A stretch of 64,000 bases of DNA from Trichormus sp. ATA11-4-KO1 (GTDB lineage Bacteria; Cyanobacteriota; Cyanobacteriia; Cyanobacteriales; Nostocaceae): contig JAHHIM010000015.1 in the NCBI GenBank assembly GCA_019358915.1, positions 34,249-98,248 on the forward strand. Reading direction: 5' to 3'. The notes beneath the pieces were generated by a model. It saw only the letters and a list, made by a program, of their open reading frames with translations. It did no database searches and had not been told where the DNA came from. Both the position numbers and the translations under genes were made by a program. The first letter of the stretch is position 1; every line of letters begins with the position of its first letter. Below are positions 51,991 through 61,111 of this stretch, in pieces.

Positions 51991-53442
51991 ATGACTACTA
52001 CTGATATTGATCCTCTAAGACCATTAGATCATATATTTACGAATGGTGATAGTGCGATCGCCCAAAATTCTCTGCCTACTTACGCCTTGATTTCAGTTCA
52101 CGGTGACCCCACAGCCGAAATTGGTCAAGCAGGAGCCGGTAGACAAAATGTTTATGTGCGTGAACTAGGTTTAGCACTGGCACAGCGAGGATGTCAGGTG
52201 GATATGTTTACTCGGCGCGAAGATCCTGACCAAGCTGAGATAGTAGTACATTCACCAGGATGTCGCACTATTCGCTTAACAGCAGGGCCAGCAAAATTTA
52301 TCCCTAGAACAGAGTTATTTGCACACTTACCAGCGTTTGTTGCAGCGTGGCTGGAGTTTCAGCGCCAGTCTGGACGCAACTATACTTTACTACACACGAA
52401 TTATTGGCTTTCTGGTTGGGTAGGGCTACAACTGAAGTCTCAACTGGGATTACCTCAGATCCATACTTACCATTCTCTAGGAGCCATTAAGTACCGGGGT
52501 CTGGAAAATCCGCCAGAGATAGCTGCCCTGAGACAGGCGGTAGAATGGGCTTGTTTGGAGCAAACAGATTGTGTTGTTTCCACCAGTCCTCAAGAAGTCG
52601 CCGACCTGCGTGAGTTCATTTCCGTACAGGGACGCATCAAGGTAATTCCTTATGGCATTGACATTACACATTTTGGTTCCTTAAAGCAAAAAAATGCCCG
52701 CCAAAAGTTAGGCATTGCTAGCAACTCCCGGATGATTTTGTCCGTGGGAAGCTTTGACAAAGGTGAGGGAATTGAAACTTTAGTCAAAGCTTGCGCTCAT
52801 GTGCTTCAACCCTTCCAGTTATATCTGGTAGGAGGTAGCCTTCAAAATCAAGCATCGCCAGAACAACAGCACATTCAAGCCTTAGTTAAAAAACTCGGCT
52901 TGGCAGCAGTAACAGTATTTACAGGGCAAGTTTCCCAGAATGATTTACCTGCTTACTACGCAGCAGCAGATGTTTGTGTTATCCCCAGTTACTATGAACC
53001 TTTGGGTTTAGTTGCCTTAGAAGCAATGGCTGCTGGTACGCCTGTAATTGCCAGTGATGTGGGTGGATTGAGGCACACAGTAGTTAATGGTGAAACAGGA
53101 ATACTGGTTGCTCCAGGTAACTCAAATGCTTTAGCGATCGCTATTCAGGATGTGTTTGCAGACTTGCCAAAATGGCATTTCTATGGTATTGCTGCACGTA
53201 AGTGGGTTCAATCTCGTTTTAGTTGTGCAGCTGTTGCTGCTCAAATTCATGAACTCTATCAATCTCTCACCTTGAAGGATTCGGTAGCAGAAATCATCAA
53301 AACCAAAAAGCTGACTCCTGTGTTAGAAAAACAAATTCAGAATCTGCTGACATTAAAAGCTTTGAGACAGACTGAAGAAGTTTTACTGCTAGAACAATTG
53401 ATTGAATACCTTTTTAGTGGCGCTGTTGAGCGGGTTGGTTGA
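51991..53442 (+). CDS. Sucrose-phosphate synthase-like GT4 protein with altered catalytic motifs
   Basis: ALISVHGDP, QNVYVREL, DMFTRR, HTNYWLSG, HTYHSLGAIK are SpsA/B-like; the UDP-binding motif reads VGSFDKGEG. Confidence 0.8.
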   Translation: MTTTDIDPLRPLDHIFTNGDSAIAQNSLPTYALISVHGDPTAEIGQAGAGRQNVYVRELGLALAQRGCQVDMFTRREDPDQAEIVVHSPGCRTIRLTAGPAKFIPRTELFAHLPAFVAAWLEFQRQSGRNYTLLHTNYWLSGWVGLQLKSQLGLPQIHTYHSLGAIKYRGLENPPEIAALRQAVEWACLEQTDCVVSTSPQEVADLREFISVQGRIKVIPYGIDITHFGSLKQKNARQKLGIASNSRMILSVGSFDKGEGIETLVKACAHVLQPFQLYLVGGSLQNQASPEQQHIQALVKKLGLAAVTVFTGQVSQNDLPAYYAAADVCVIPSYYEPLGLVALEAMAAGTPVIASDVGGLRHTVVNGETGILVAPGNSNALAIAIQDVFADLPKWHFYGIAARKWVQSRFSCAAVAAQIHELYQSLTLKDSVAEIIKTKKLTPVLEKQIQNLLTLKALRQTEEVLLLEQLIEYLFSGAVERVG

Positions 53443-53483
53443 GGTGGGGAATGGGGGAAAAGGTCTTGAGTATTCTTCTTTTG

Positions 53484-53794
53484 ACTCAGCACTCAGCACA
53501 GGCTATAAGCGCAGCCATACCCGCAGGGCTTTACAGCACTGAGTAAGGTCAGCAAAATGCGATTACCTCATATCTTGCACCAGGCGACTGGAAGTCGCGG
53601 CTACACAGGCCAAACCCGCACTTCGACAAGCTCAGTAACCACCTACGCGGGTTAAAACCCTTGATTTTCCGTGAGTCCCCGCAGGCGGACTTAGTTTGTA
53701 TAGCCGCGTAAAGCCCTAAAGGGCATAGCTGCGCTTACCTCGTAGCGTGCCGGAGGCATCTTTCTAATCGCCAGGGCTAGGTGCAAGATGTCAG
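53484..53794. mobile_element. Nested MITE composite
   Basis: Outer inverted ends CTCATATCTTGCACC (53567-53581) and GGTGCAAGATGTCAG (53780-53794), 13/15 match. Inner GGCGACTGGAAGTCGCGGCTA...TAGCCGCG...AATCGCC element with small repeat inserts. ACTCAGC heptamers to the left. Confidence 0.7.
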
Positions 53795-56700
53795 TTACTC
53801 TGATATGGTGACATTAGCTACTTTGTCAGGCTGTGTTTTGACAGGCGATCGCAACGACTTTCGACCAGAAATATCATGGAGTAAACCCATTAAAGCCGGG
53901 ACAACAGTAGGGGTCAAAATGGTAGAAAATGCCAATCCGCCAGTTAAGACAATCCCTAATCCTTGATACAATTCTGAACCTTGTCCTGGTAAAACTGCTA
54001 AGGGTAGCATCCCCAAGACACTAGTGCCAGCAGACATGAAAATTGCCCGTAGGCGATCGCTTGTGGCATTATACAGTGAGGCATCATATTCATGACCCAG
54101 TTGCTGTAACTGCAAGGCACGGTCAACCAGCAAAATAGCGTTGTTCACCACTACTCCTGTGAGGATGATAAAGCCCAAGGCTGTAATCATATCCAACTGC
54201 ACATTCATACCGGGAATATGGTTGGTAATCACTAAACTCAATAGTCCGCCACTCATTCCCATGGGGACGGTAGCCATAATTACTACTGGGTAAAGGAACG
54301 AACGATATAATGCCACCAGTAACAAGTAAGTAATCAAAATCGAAAATGCAAAGGCAGTCGCTAGTTCACCTACTGTAGTTCCTAACTCGTCTGCGGAACC
54401 TGCTAAGTCTAAACGATAACCTGTAGGCAGATTGGTACGTAAGGGAGTTAAAATTTCCTCTTCGGTGCGTTGCACTAAAGTAGCAAGTGGCGCATCAGGT
54501 GCTAAGGAAACTGTCAGACTAATAGAACGTTCCAAGTTGACGCGATTAATGACATCGGGGCCTGTTGTTTCGATGACTTCTGACACATCAGTTAATTGCA
54601 CCTGTCGTCCTTGAGCGAATAGTGGTAATTGTCGCAGTTGTTCTGGTGTTTCTACAAATGTATTTTGCAGTTCCACCGAAATATCTAAATTTTGTTTGCC
54701 ATCCAGGTAATTAGAAGCAATGCGACCACCTAAAGCAGCTTCTACTATGGAACCAATATCAGATTCTGCCAGTCCTACTTCGGCAATGCGTTCTCGATTA
54801 GGAATGACTTGTAATTCCCCTGCACCCATAACAAAGTTAGAACGGATATTTCGCACTCCCGGCAAATTCCTGATTTGTCCTGTGATTTGCTTTTCTAAGT
54901 CACTCAACTGATTTAAATCATCTCCAATAATATCCACTTCAAATTCCTTACCTGGATTGCGGAAGATGGAAATCCGGGTCGGGACAATAAAGCGGTAGCC
55001 AGCAAAGTTATTAGCTTGGGCGCGTAATCGATCTACCATCTGAGCTAATCCCCGATTGGTAGCAAATTCTGACTTTAAGACAGTGGCAATTCCTCGCAGT
55101 GCGCCTGGACGGTCAACATATAAAATGCGGTCTACCTCTGGTTGCGATCGCAAAAAATCTCGGATGGGTGCTGATTGACGAATTGCTTCCGGTATGCTTG
55201 TTCCCGGTAACGGTTCTGCGCGTAAGACTACTAAGTTACGGTTGCCTTCTGGTAAATAGTCGGCTGGTGGCAATAGTAAGACACTAATGATTAACAATGC
55301 CACAGGAATTGATAGCACTAATAACCGACGACCAACACGTTTACGTCCCAGCGACCAACTAACCGTAGTAGCAATGAAGTTTTCCAGCTTATTTTGAAAT
55401 TGACGATAGACTAGGGAAGTTTGAGCGACTGCACGCTCTAACCAATTACCACCGCGATATTCCCCACCCTCCATCATTTGCATGGCTTCTGATTGGTTGA
55501 GGAATAATCCCGATAGCATGGGTACTAATGTCAAAGCTACAAATAACGAGAAAATAGAAGCAGCAGAAAGAGCGATCGCCATATCAGCGTAGAGTCTACC
55601 GGCTTCACCTGTAACCACGATTAATGGTGCAAATACCACAACGTTGGTCAACGTAGAACCCAGCATTGCCCCCCAAACTTCTTGAGTGCCTTCAATAGCT
55701 GCGCGTAAGGGACTTTTACCTTGCTGAATATGGGTGAAAATATTTTCTAGCACGACGATGGCATTATCTACGACCATACCCACTGCAAATGCCAGTCCTG
55801 CCAAACTGATAATATTCAATGAACGTCCCAGCGCAGACATGACGATAAACACCATGATCAGGGCTGTGGGGATGGTAATTGCCACCACTGCCACGGTACG
55901 CATAGAACCAAGGAATAGAATCAAAACAATCGTAGCGAGTAGCGCTCCACCCAGCAAGTTACCTTGCACAAAACTGACAGATTGATTGATATACTCGCTC
56001 TCATCGTAGTTGTAGACAAAAAGTATTCCCTGATTTTGCTGGTCAAACTCCGCTTGTAAGGCAGCAATTTCCGCCCGGATACCTTGGGCGACTGCTGGGA
56101 CATTGGCCCCAACCTGACGAATTACACCAATTGCTACCCCTGGTTTGCTGTTGAAAATCAAAGCACTATCTTGGGGTTTGCGTCCCATCTCTACTCGTGC
56201 GACATCCCCCAGGTAAACTGTCCCGGATTGGTCGCGTCGTAAAATAAAGCCTGTAATCTCCGATAAATCTTGCGATCGGCTGACGGTGCGTACCCGATAT
56301 TCCCTGCGTCCTAAAATTAACGGGCCACCCCGAATATCACGGTTATTTTCCCGCAGCACCCGCACCACATCACCAATAGTTAAGTTGCGATCAGACAAAG
56401 CTTTCGGGTCAATTTGGACCTCAACTTCTCGCTCTTGTCCACCGACTACCAAAAATTGTCCCGTTCCTTGCACTCGCCGCAAGCGGGGAATTACTACTTC
56501 TTCCGCTAAATCTCGATAACGGTTGGCATCCGGTTCAAATCCTGCTCTGGTATCAAAAGGAATCCACATCATGGGTGCATTGTTGCTACCCACCAATTCC
56601 ACACTCGATTCTTGGGCTTCTGGGGGCAAACTTTGTGCTTGTTGCAAACGGTTGATCACATCTAACATGCGTTCTTGCACATTAGCATCCTGAGCAAATT

Positions 56701-56980
56701 CCAAATTGATCGAACTACGTCCCGCACGAGAGGTACTAGTTACTCTCTGCACACCCAGCACCTGTTCCATTTGCTCTTCAATCGGGCGAGTGATTAGGTC
56801 TTCTACTTCTGTTGGCCCTGCTCCTGGGTACACAGTAGTAATGGTAACTTCCGGGCGATCGCCACCTGGTTGCAATTCTAAAGGCAACCCCAGTAGGGAG
56901 AAGACTCCCAGCATTGCTAGTAAGCAAAACAAGACAAAGGTTCCGTGTCGCCAACGTACAGCAGTTTCGATGAAGTTCAT
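53795..56980 (-). CDS. RND efflux permease (AcrB/AcrD/AcrF family)
   Basis: YPGAGPTEVEDLITRPIE, GMVVDNAIVVLENI, GVVVNNAILLVD, RLRAIFMS. Confidence 0.95.
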   Translation of the reverse strand: MNFIETAVRWRHGTFVLFCLLAMLGVFSLLGLPLELQPGGDRPEVTITTVYPGAGPTEVEDLITRPIEEQMEQVLGVQRVTSTSRAGRSSINLEFAQDANVQERMLDVINRLQQAQSLPPEAQESSVELVGSNNAPMMWIPFDTRAGFEPDANRYRDLAEEVVIPRLRRVQGTGQFLVVGGQEREVEVQIDPKALSDRNLTIGDVVRVLRENNRDIRGGPLILGRREYRVRTVSRSQDLSEITGFILRRDQSGTVYLGDVARVEMGRKPQDSALIFNSKPGVAIGVIRQVGANVPAVAQGIRAEIAALQAEFDQQNQGILFVYNYDESEYINQSVSFVQGNLLGGALLATIVLILFLGSMRTVAVVAITIPTALIMVFIVMSALGRSLNIISLAGLAFAVGMVVDNAIVVLENIFTHIQQGKSPLRAAIEGTQEVWGAMLGSTLTNVVVFAPLIVVTGEAGRLYADMAIALSAASIFSLFVALTLVPMLSGLFLNQSEAMQMMEGGEYRGGNWLERAVAQTSLVYRQFQNKLENFIATTVSWSLGRKRVGRRLLVLSIPVALLIISVLLLPPADYLPEGNRNLVVLRAEPLPGTSIPEAIRQSAPIRDFLRSQPEVDRILYVDRPGALRGIATVLKSEFATNRGLAQMVDRLRAQANNFAGYRFIVPTRISIFRNPGKEFEVDIIGDDLNQLSDLEKQITGQIRNLPGVRNIRSNFVMGAGELQVIPNRERIAEVGLAESDIGSIVEAALGGRIASNYLDGKQNLDISVELQNTFVETPEQLRQLPLFAQGRQVQLTDVSEVIETTGPDVINRVNLERSISLTVSLAPDAPLATLVQRTEEEILTPLRTNLPTGYRLDLAGSADELGTTVGELATAFAFSILITYLLLVALYRSFLYPVVIMATVPMGMSGGLLSLVITNHIPGMNVQLDMITALGFIILTGVVVNNAILLVDRALQLQQLGHEYDASLYNATSDRLRAIFMSAGTSVLGMLPLAVLPGQGSELYQGLGIVLTGGLAFSTILTPTVVPALMGLLHDISGRKSLRSPVKTQPDKVANVTISE

Positions 56981-56994
56981 ATTGGGGATTGAGA

Positions 56995-57045
56995 AATTAC
57001 GAATTACGTTCGCGTTAGCGTGCCGTAGGCTTTATTACGAATTAC
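56995..57045. repeat. 51-bp inverted repeat, left arm
   Basis: AATTACGAATTACGTTCGCGTTAGCGTGCCGTAGGCTTTATTACGAATTAC is the exact reverse complement of 58402-58452. Confidence 0.92.
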
Positions 57046-57054
57046 GAATTAGTT

Positions 57055-58398
57055 TCACCGATTCACTATCTTTACGGGTGCGCCATCTTGTAAGCCATCA
57101 CCACCACGTAAGACAATGGATTGACCGGCTTGCAAGCTGGGATGGTAAATTGCCACTTCTTCACCCATATCGGCCACCATCTCTACGGTAATTTGTTGGG
57201 CTTGATTATCGTTAACTGCAAAGACTAACCAGCTATTTTGTCTTCTAGTTACGGCATCTCGGGATACAACAAAACTAGAACGATTGGCGGGCATATTGAG
57301 GCTCCCGGCGATCGCCATTCCTGGTAATAATCCTGGTGGCGGATTATTGATTTGCACGCGTACACGTTGGCGACGAGAGGCGCTATCGGTTATGGGTACT
57401 ACTGCTGTGATAGTAGCCCGTTGTTGCCATTGTGGTAGGGCGCGAGCTGTGAGATTAATGCTCATACCAGGCGTGACTTGACTACTGAGTTCTTCGGGTA
57501 ATTCCAGAAAAATATCGAAGCGATCGCCTGCGACTAAGGTGACAATTTCACTGGAACTTTGCACCAAATCACCGTTACTGACATGACGATTCTGCACCAC
57601 ACCTGATTCAGATGCCACAATGCGAGTACGCTGCTGCGCTAGTTCTGCTTGAGCTAAACTGGCTTTGGCTGCTTCAACGTTGGCTTTTTGAGCAGCGATT
57701 TCTTCGCGAATTGGGCCAGCTTTGGCTTCGGCGAGTTCGGCTTCGGCTTCTAGTAGTTCGCCTTGAATATCATCTAATCTTGCTTGCACTTCCACCAGCA
57801 ATCTTTGGGATAAAGCACCCTCTTTCACCAAATCACTGGTACGCTGGAGGTTATCTTCTGCTTCTCGTTTTCGCGCTTGGGCAGAAGTTACAGCCGCTTG
57901 ACGTTGAGCAATAATTTCTGGACGTGTGCCTACTTCTAAACGAGCTAAATTACTTTGTTGCTGTGCTAGTTGAGCGCGTGCTTGAGTAATTGCCAATTGT
58001 TGATCAGAGTCATTGAGAACAGCGATTGTCATCCCTGCATTGACGCGATCGCCTGGTTGCACTAAGATTCTTTCCACAATCCCACTAGTTTGAGCGCGGA
58101 CTGTTGATTGCTGACTAGCTTCTACCTGTCCTAAAAGCTGTACACTTCTTGTAGCATTTCCCGTTGCTAGGGTAGTTGTTTCAATAGCCCTTGGGGGTGG
58201 TGACTGCTGCTGTTGGGCTACAGAAGGTTGTTGCGCCTCACTAGGAGTTAACAGCCGCCAAATACCACCAGTTGCTAAACACAGGACTAACAACAACCAG
58301 AACCACGGTTTACGAGAACTAGTAGTTGCTAAATCAGGAGATCCAACACTGTCTGGTGGAGTTTCCACAGTTGTAGCTTGAGCCTCAGAAGTATCCAT
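57055..58398 (-). CDS. RND periplasmic adaptor (membrane fusion protein)
   Basis: N-terminal TM segment, VRAQTSGIVERILVQPGD lipoyl half, coiled coil, LLPGM, LQDGAPV. Confidence 0.92.
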   Translation of the reverse strand: MDTSEAQATTVETPPDSVGSPDLATTSSRKPWFWLLLVLCLATGGIWRLLTPSEAQQPSVAQQQQSPPPRAIETTTLATGNATRSVQLLGQVEASQQSTVRAQTSGIVERILVQPGDRVNAGMTIAVLNDSDQQLAITQARAQLAQQQSNLARLEVGTRPEIIAQRQAAVTSAQARKREAEDNLQRTSDLVKEGALSQRLLVEVQARLDDIQGELLEAEAELAEAKAGPIREEIAAQKANVEAAKASLAQAELAQQRTRIVASESGVVQNRHVSNGDLVQSSSEIVTLVAGDRFDIFLELPEELSSQVTPGMSINLTARALPQWQQRATITAVVPITDSASRRQRVRVQINNPPPGLLPGMAIAGSLNMPANRSSFVVSRDAVTRRQNSWLVFAVNDNQAQQITVEMVADMGEEVAIYHPSLQAGQSIVLRGGDGLQDGAPVKIVNR

Positions 58399-58401
58399 TT
58401 T

Positions 58402-58452
58402 GTAATTCGTAATAAAGCCTACGGCACGCTAACGCGAACGTAATTCGTAATT
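58402..58452. repeat. 51-bp inverted repeat, right arm
   Basis: GTAATTCGTAATAAAGCCTACGGCACGCTAACGCGAACGTAATTCGTAATT; lies 3 nt upstream of the adaptor ATG. Confidence 0.92.
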
Positions 58453-58742
58453 CGGAAGGCTGTCAACCGTTGGTAATCAACGGTCAATTATTTGTGGGAA
58501 TTAAAATATGAATGTTACTTAGTTTGTATCTTTATATATAAATATGACAAAGTTATGTCAAAACATATATTCTTATCAAGAAATATTGCAAGATATTACT
58601 TTTGTTTTTGGTTGAAGCCAATTTCCTATAGAGCTTGCACATTATTCTGATCCCTCTCAACGAAGTCAGAGGGAAGTTCCGATGAAACGAGTTTCACAGC
58701 CAAGTATGAAAGAGAGACTAGAAGCTAGAGACTGGAATTTTT

Positions 58743-58816
58743 ACTCAGCACTCAGTACTCAGCACTCAGCACTTTCAAGTCAGAAGGAAGAAGAATGAGC
58801 CTCCTTCTTCCTTCTT
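58743..58816. repeat. ACTCAGC heptamer array followed by an AGAAGGAAGAAG/CTTCTTCCTTCT hairpin
   Basis: Four ACTCAG(C/T) units, then a 12-bp inverted pair. Confidence 0.7.
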
Positions 58817-59048
58817 ATTCAACCTCTCCATACTGAGGTTAAAGTGTACACACAAGCTTTCAAAAGGTGGATTTTGTAGCTTGTCTGTGGCGGCAAAAAC
58901 CCGCTTCCAACACCCTGAGACAAAGGCAAAATTGATAAGAGTGATTACGGGAGACAGGATAAAATGGGGGATGAAGATAGAATCGGCTAAATACTAACTC
59001 TTGATCGCTGAGTTCTGCTCTACGAAAGCTTATCGATCTAATCCTGAA

Positions 59049-59735
59049 ATGGTGCCTATGGTTTTGCATCAACCTGCTCGTTCTGTACCCGTTCCGGCTT
59101 TAGCCAGTGGCGATCGCCTCACTCGTGCTGAGTTTGAGCGCCGCTATGAAGCAACTCCAGAAAAATTCAAAGCCGAACTCATTGAAGGAGTGGTTTACGT
59201 GGCATCCCCTGTTAGAGCCTTTCACGGTGTTCCCCATGCTGATTTAGTAACCTGGCTGGGGGTGTATCGGACAGCAACGCCTGGAGTGAGTGCTGCTGAC
59301 AACACAACCACGCGACTGGATTTAGATAATGAACCCCAACCGGATGCTCTGCTGCGAATTGAAACTGGTGGTACTTCTACCCTGAGTAAAGACGGCTACA
59401 TTGAGGGGACACCAGAACTGATTGCCGAAATTGCCACTAGCAGCGCTGCTATTGACTTGGGCGATAAAAAAAATGCTTATCGTCGTAACGGTGTGCAGGA
59501 GTATCTAGTGTGGCAAACCTTTGAAAATCGGTTCAGTTGGTTTCGGTTGCAGTCTGAGGAATTTGTTCTCATCGAGCCGGATGCTGAAGGCATTATTTGT
59601 AGTAGCACTTTTCCAGGGTTGTGGCTAGAGGTGACGGCTTTATTAGAAGGCAGAATGATTGATGTATTGAATACTCTGCAAAAAGGTCTGACCTCACCTG
59701 AACATCAAGCCTTTGTACAAAAACTTGCCGAGTAA
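59049..59735 (+). CDS. Uma2 (DUF820) family endonuclease-fold protein
   Basis: GDRLTRAEFERRY, AELIEGVVY, EPQPD, PELIAEIA, YRRNGVQEYLVW. Start is 59049 or 59058. Confidence 0.88.
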   Translation: MVPMVLHQPARSVPVPALASGDRLTRAEFERRYEATPEKFKAELIEGVVYVASPVRAFHGVPHADLVTWLGVYRTATPGVSAADNTTTRLDLDNEPQPDALLRIETGGTSTLSKDGYIEGTPELIAEIATSSAAIDLGDKKNAYRRNGVQEYLVWQTFENRFSWFRLQSEEFVLIEPDAEGIICSSTFPGLWLEVTALLEGRMIDVLNTLQKGLTSPEHQAFVQKLAE

Positions 59736-59796
59736 GGCGATCGCTTTCATGTGGAAATGGTGTAAGGTTACTGGATATTATTCCCCACTTCCTACT

Positions 59797-60174
59797 TCAA
59801 TAACGTATTAATTCCTGAACTCGCTCACGAGGTAAGCCCAACTCCCGACTCAAGGCAACTTCCAGTTGGCTAGTTTCTGTGATGGGAAACTCAAAAGCTA
59901 TGGTTTTGAGAACCGAATGATTTGTTTTTACATATACCAATGAAACCCCTTGTGATGGCAAAATTTCCACCTTAATTGCCACGACTTTTCTCATCATCTG
60001 CCGTGCCGATTGTGTATCTGCTTGCAAAGATTTTTTAGTACTGTAAGCCCGACTCAAAATTTGCTCTTCTACAAAACTGCTTCCTAGCCAAAAAACCAAA
60101 CCAATGAACGGCAAGGACAACCAAAATACCAAGCCAAGCGATCGCAACACCTGAAACAGGGGAAATTGTCCCAT
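59797..60174 (-). CDS. Hypothetical membrane-anchored protein
   Basis: N-terminal hydrophobic segment; divergent from the response regulator. Confidence 0.65.
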   Translation of the reverse strand: MGQFPLFQVLRSLGLVFWLSLPFIGLVFWLGSSFVEEQILSRAYSTKKSLQADTQSARQMMRKVVAIKVEILPSQGVSLVYVKTNHSVLKTIAFEFPITETSQLEVALSRELGLPRERVQELIRY

Positions 60175-60265
60175 AGAAGTTACAGTTGACTGTCACTTTT
60201 GTGTCATGCTCTTAGCATAATCTAAGAACTAGCAAGTAAAAATCACAGCCACCTGAGAAAACAAA

Positions 60266-60940
60266 ATGCTAATCTTACTGGTGGAAGACGATCCATCACA
60301 GTTAGAGCCACTGCGGACAGCATTATTAAAAGTGGGACACACTGTGGATGCCATTGAAGATGGCGAAACAGCACAATGGTTTGCTGTTCGCAAAGATTAT
60401 GACTTGCTAATTTTAGATTGGATGTTGCCCAAAGTAAGTGGGGTAGAACTCTGTCAGATATATCGGCAAGCTGGGAAAGTGGCTCCTGTGCTGATGTTAA
60501 CAGCGAAAGATACAGTTACAGATAAAGTTATGGGGTTGGATGCTGGTGCGGATGATTACTTAGTTAAACCCGTAGATGTACTAGAACTGCTAGCTCGAGT
60601 CCGGGCTTTGGGCAGGCGATCGCCAATGTGGCAAGGAAATATCCTCAGCTTAGGCGATTTGCAGTTACATCTATCTAATCTAATAATTGAACGTGGTTCT
60701 TTAAAGACTCAACTTTCTAGCCGGGAATTTCAATTGATGGAATATTTTATGCGTCACCCCCGTCAAATTTTATCCCATGACCAGATTGAGCAAGCCTTAT
60801 GGAGTTGCGGAGATGAACCCGAAAGTAATGCAGTCACAACTTTAGTGCGCCGTCTGCGCCAACGTCTACAAACCATTAATGCTAAAGATTGGATAGAAAC
60901 AGTACATCGGATAGGTTATCGGTTGACTCCCCCGGAGTAG
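60266..60940 (+). CDS. OmpR-family response regulator (RppA-like)
   Basis: LLVEDD, LDWMLP, GADDYLVKP, EFQLMEYFMRHPRQIL, PESNAV. Confidence 0.9.
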   Translation: MLILLVEDDPSQLEPLRTALLKVGHTVDAIEDGETAQWFAVRKDYDLLILDWMLPKVSGVELCQIYRQAGKVAPVLMLTAKDTVTDKVMGLDAGADDYLVKPVDVLELLARVRALGRRSPMWQGNILSLGDLQLHLSNLIIERGSLKTQLSSREFQLMEYFMRHPRQILSHDQIEQALWSCGDEPESNAVTTLVRRLRQRLQTINAKDWIETVHRIGYRLTPPE

Positions 60941-61111
60941 GAAGAAACAGGGGACAGGGGACAGGTGACAGGGAACAGAAAGGCTATATGTGTTTGTTTC
61001 ATTCGTAGCGGATGGTGCGGCGGCTCTAAAGCAACTAGGTTGATACTCAGCACTTTGCACTTTACTATCAGGGTGCAGGGGAGAAGAAACTTTTTTATGA
61101 CTAATGACTAA

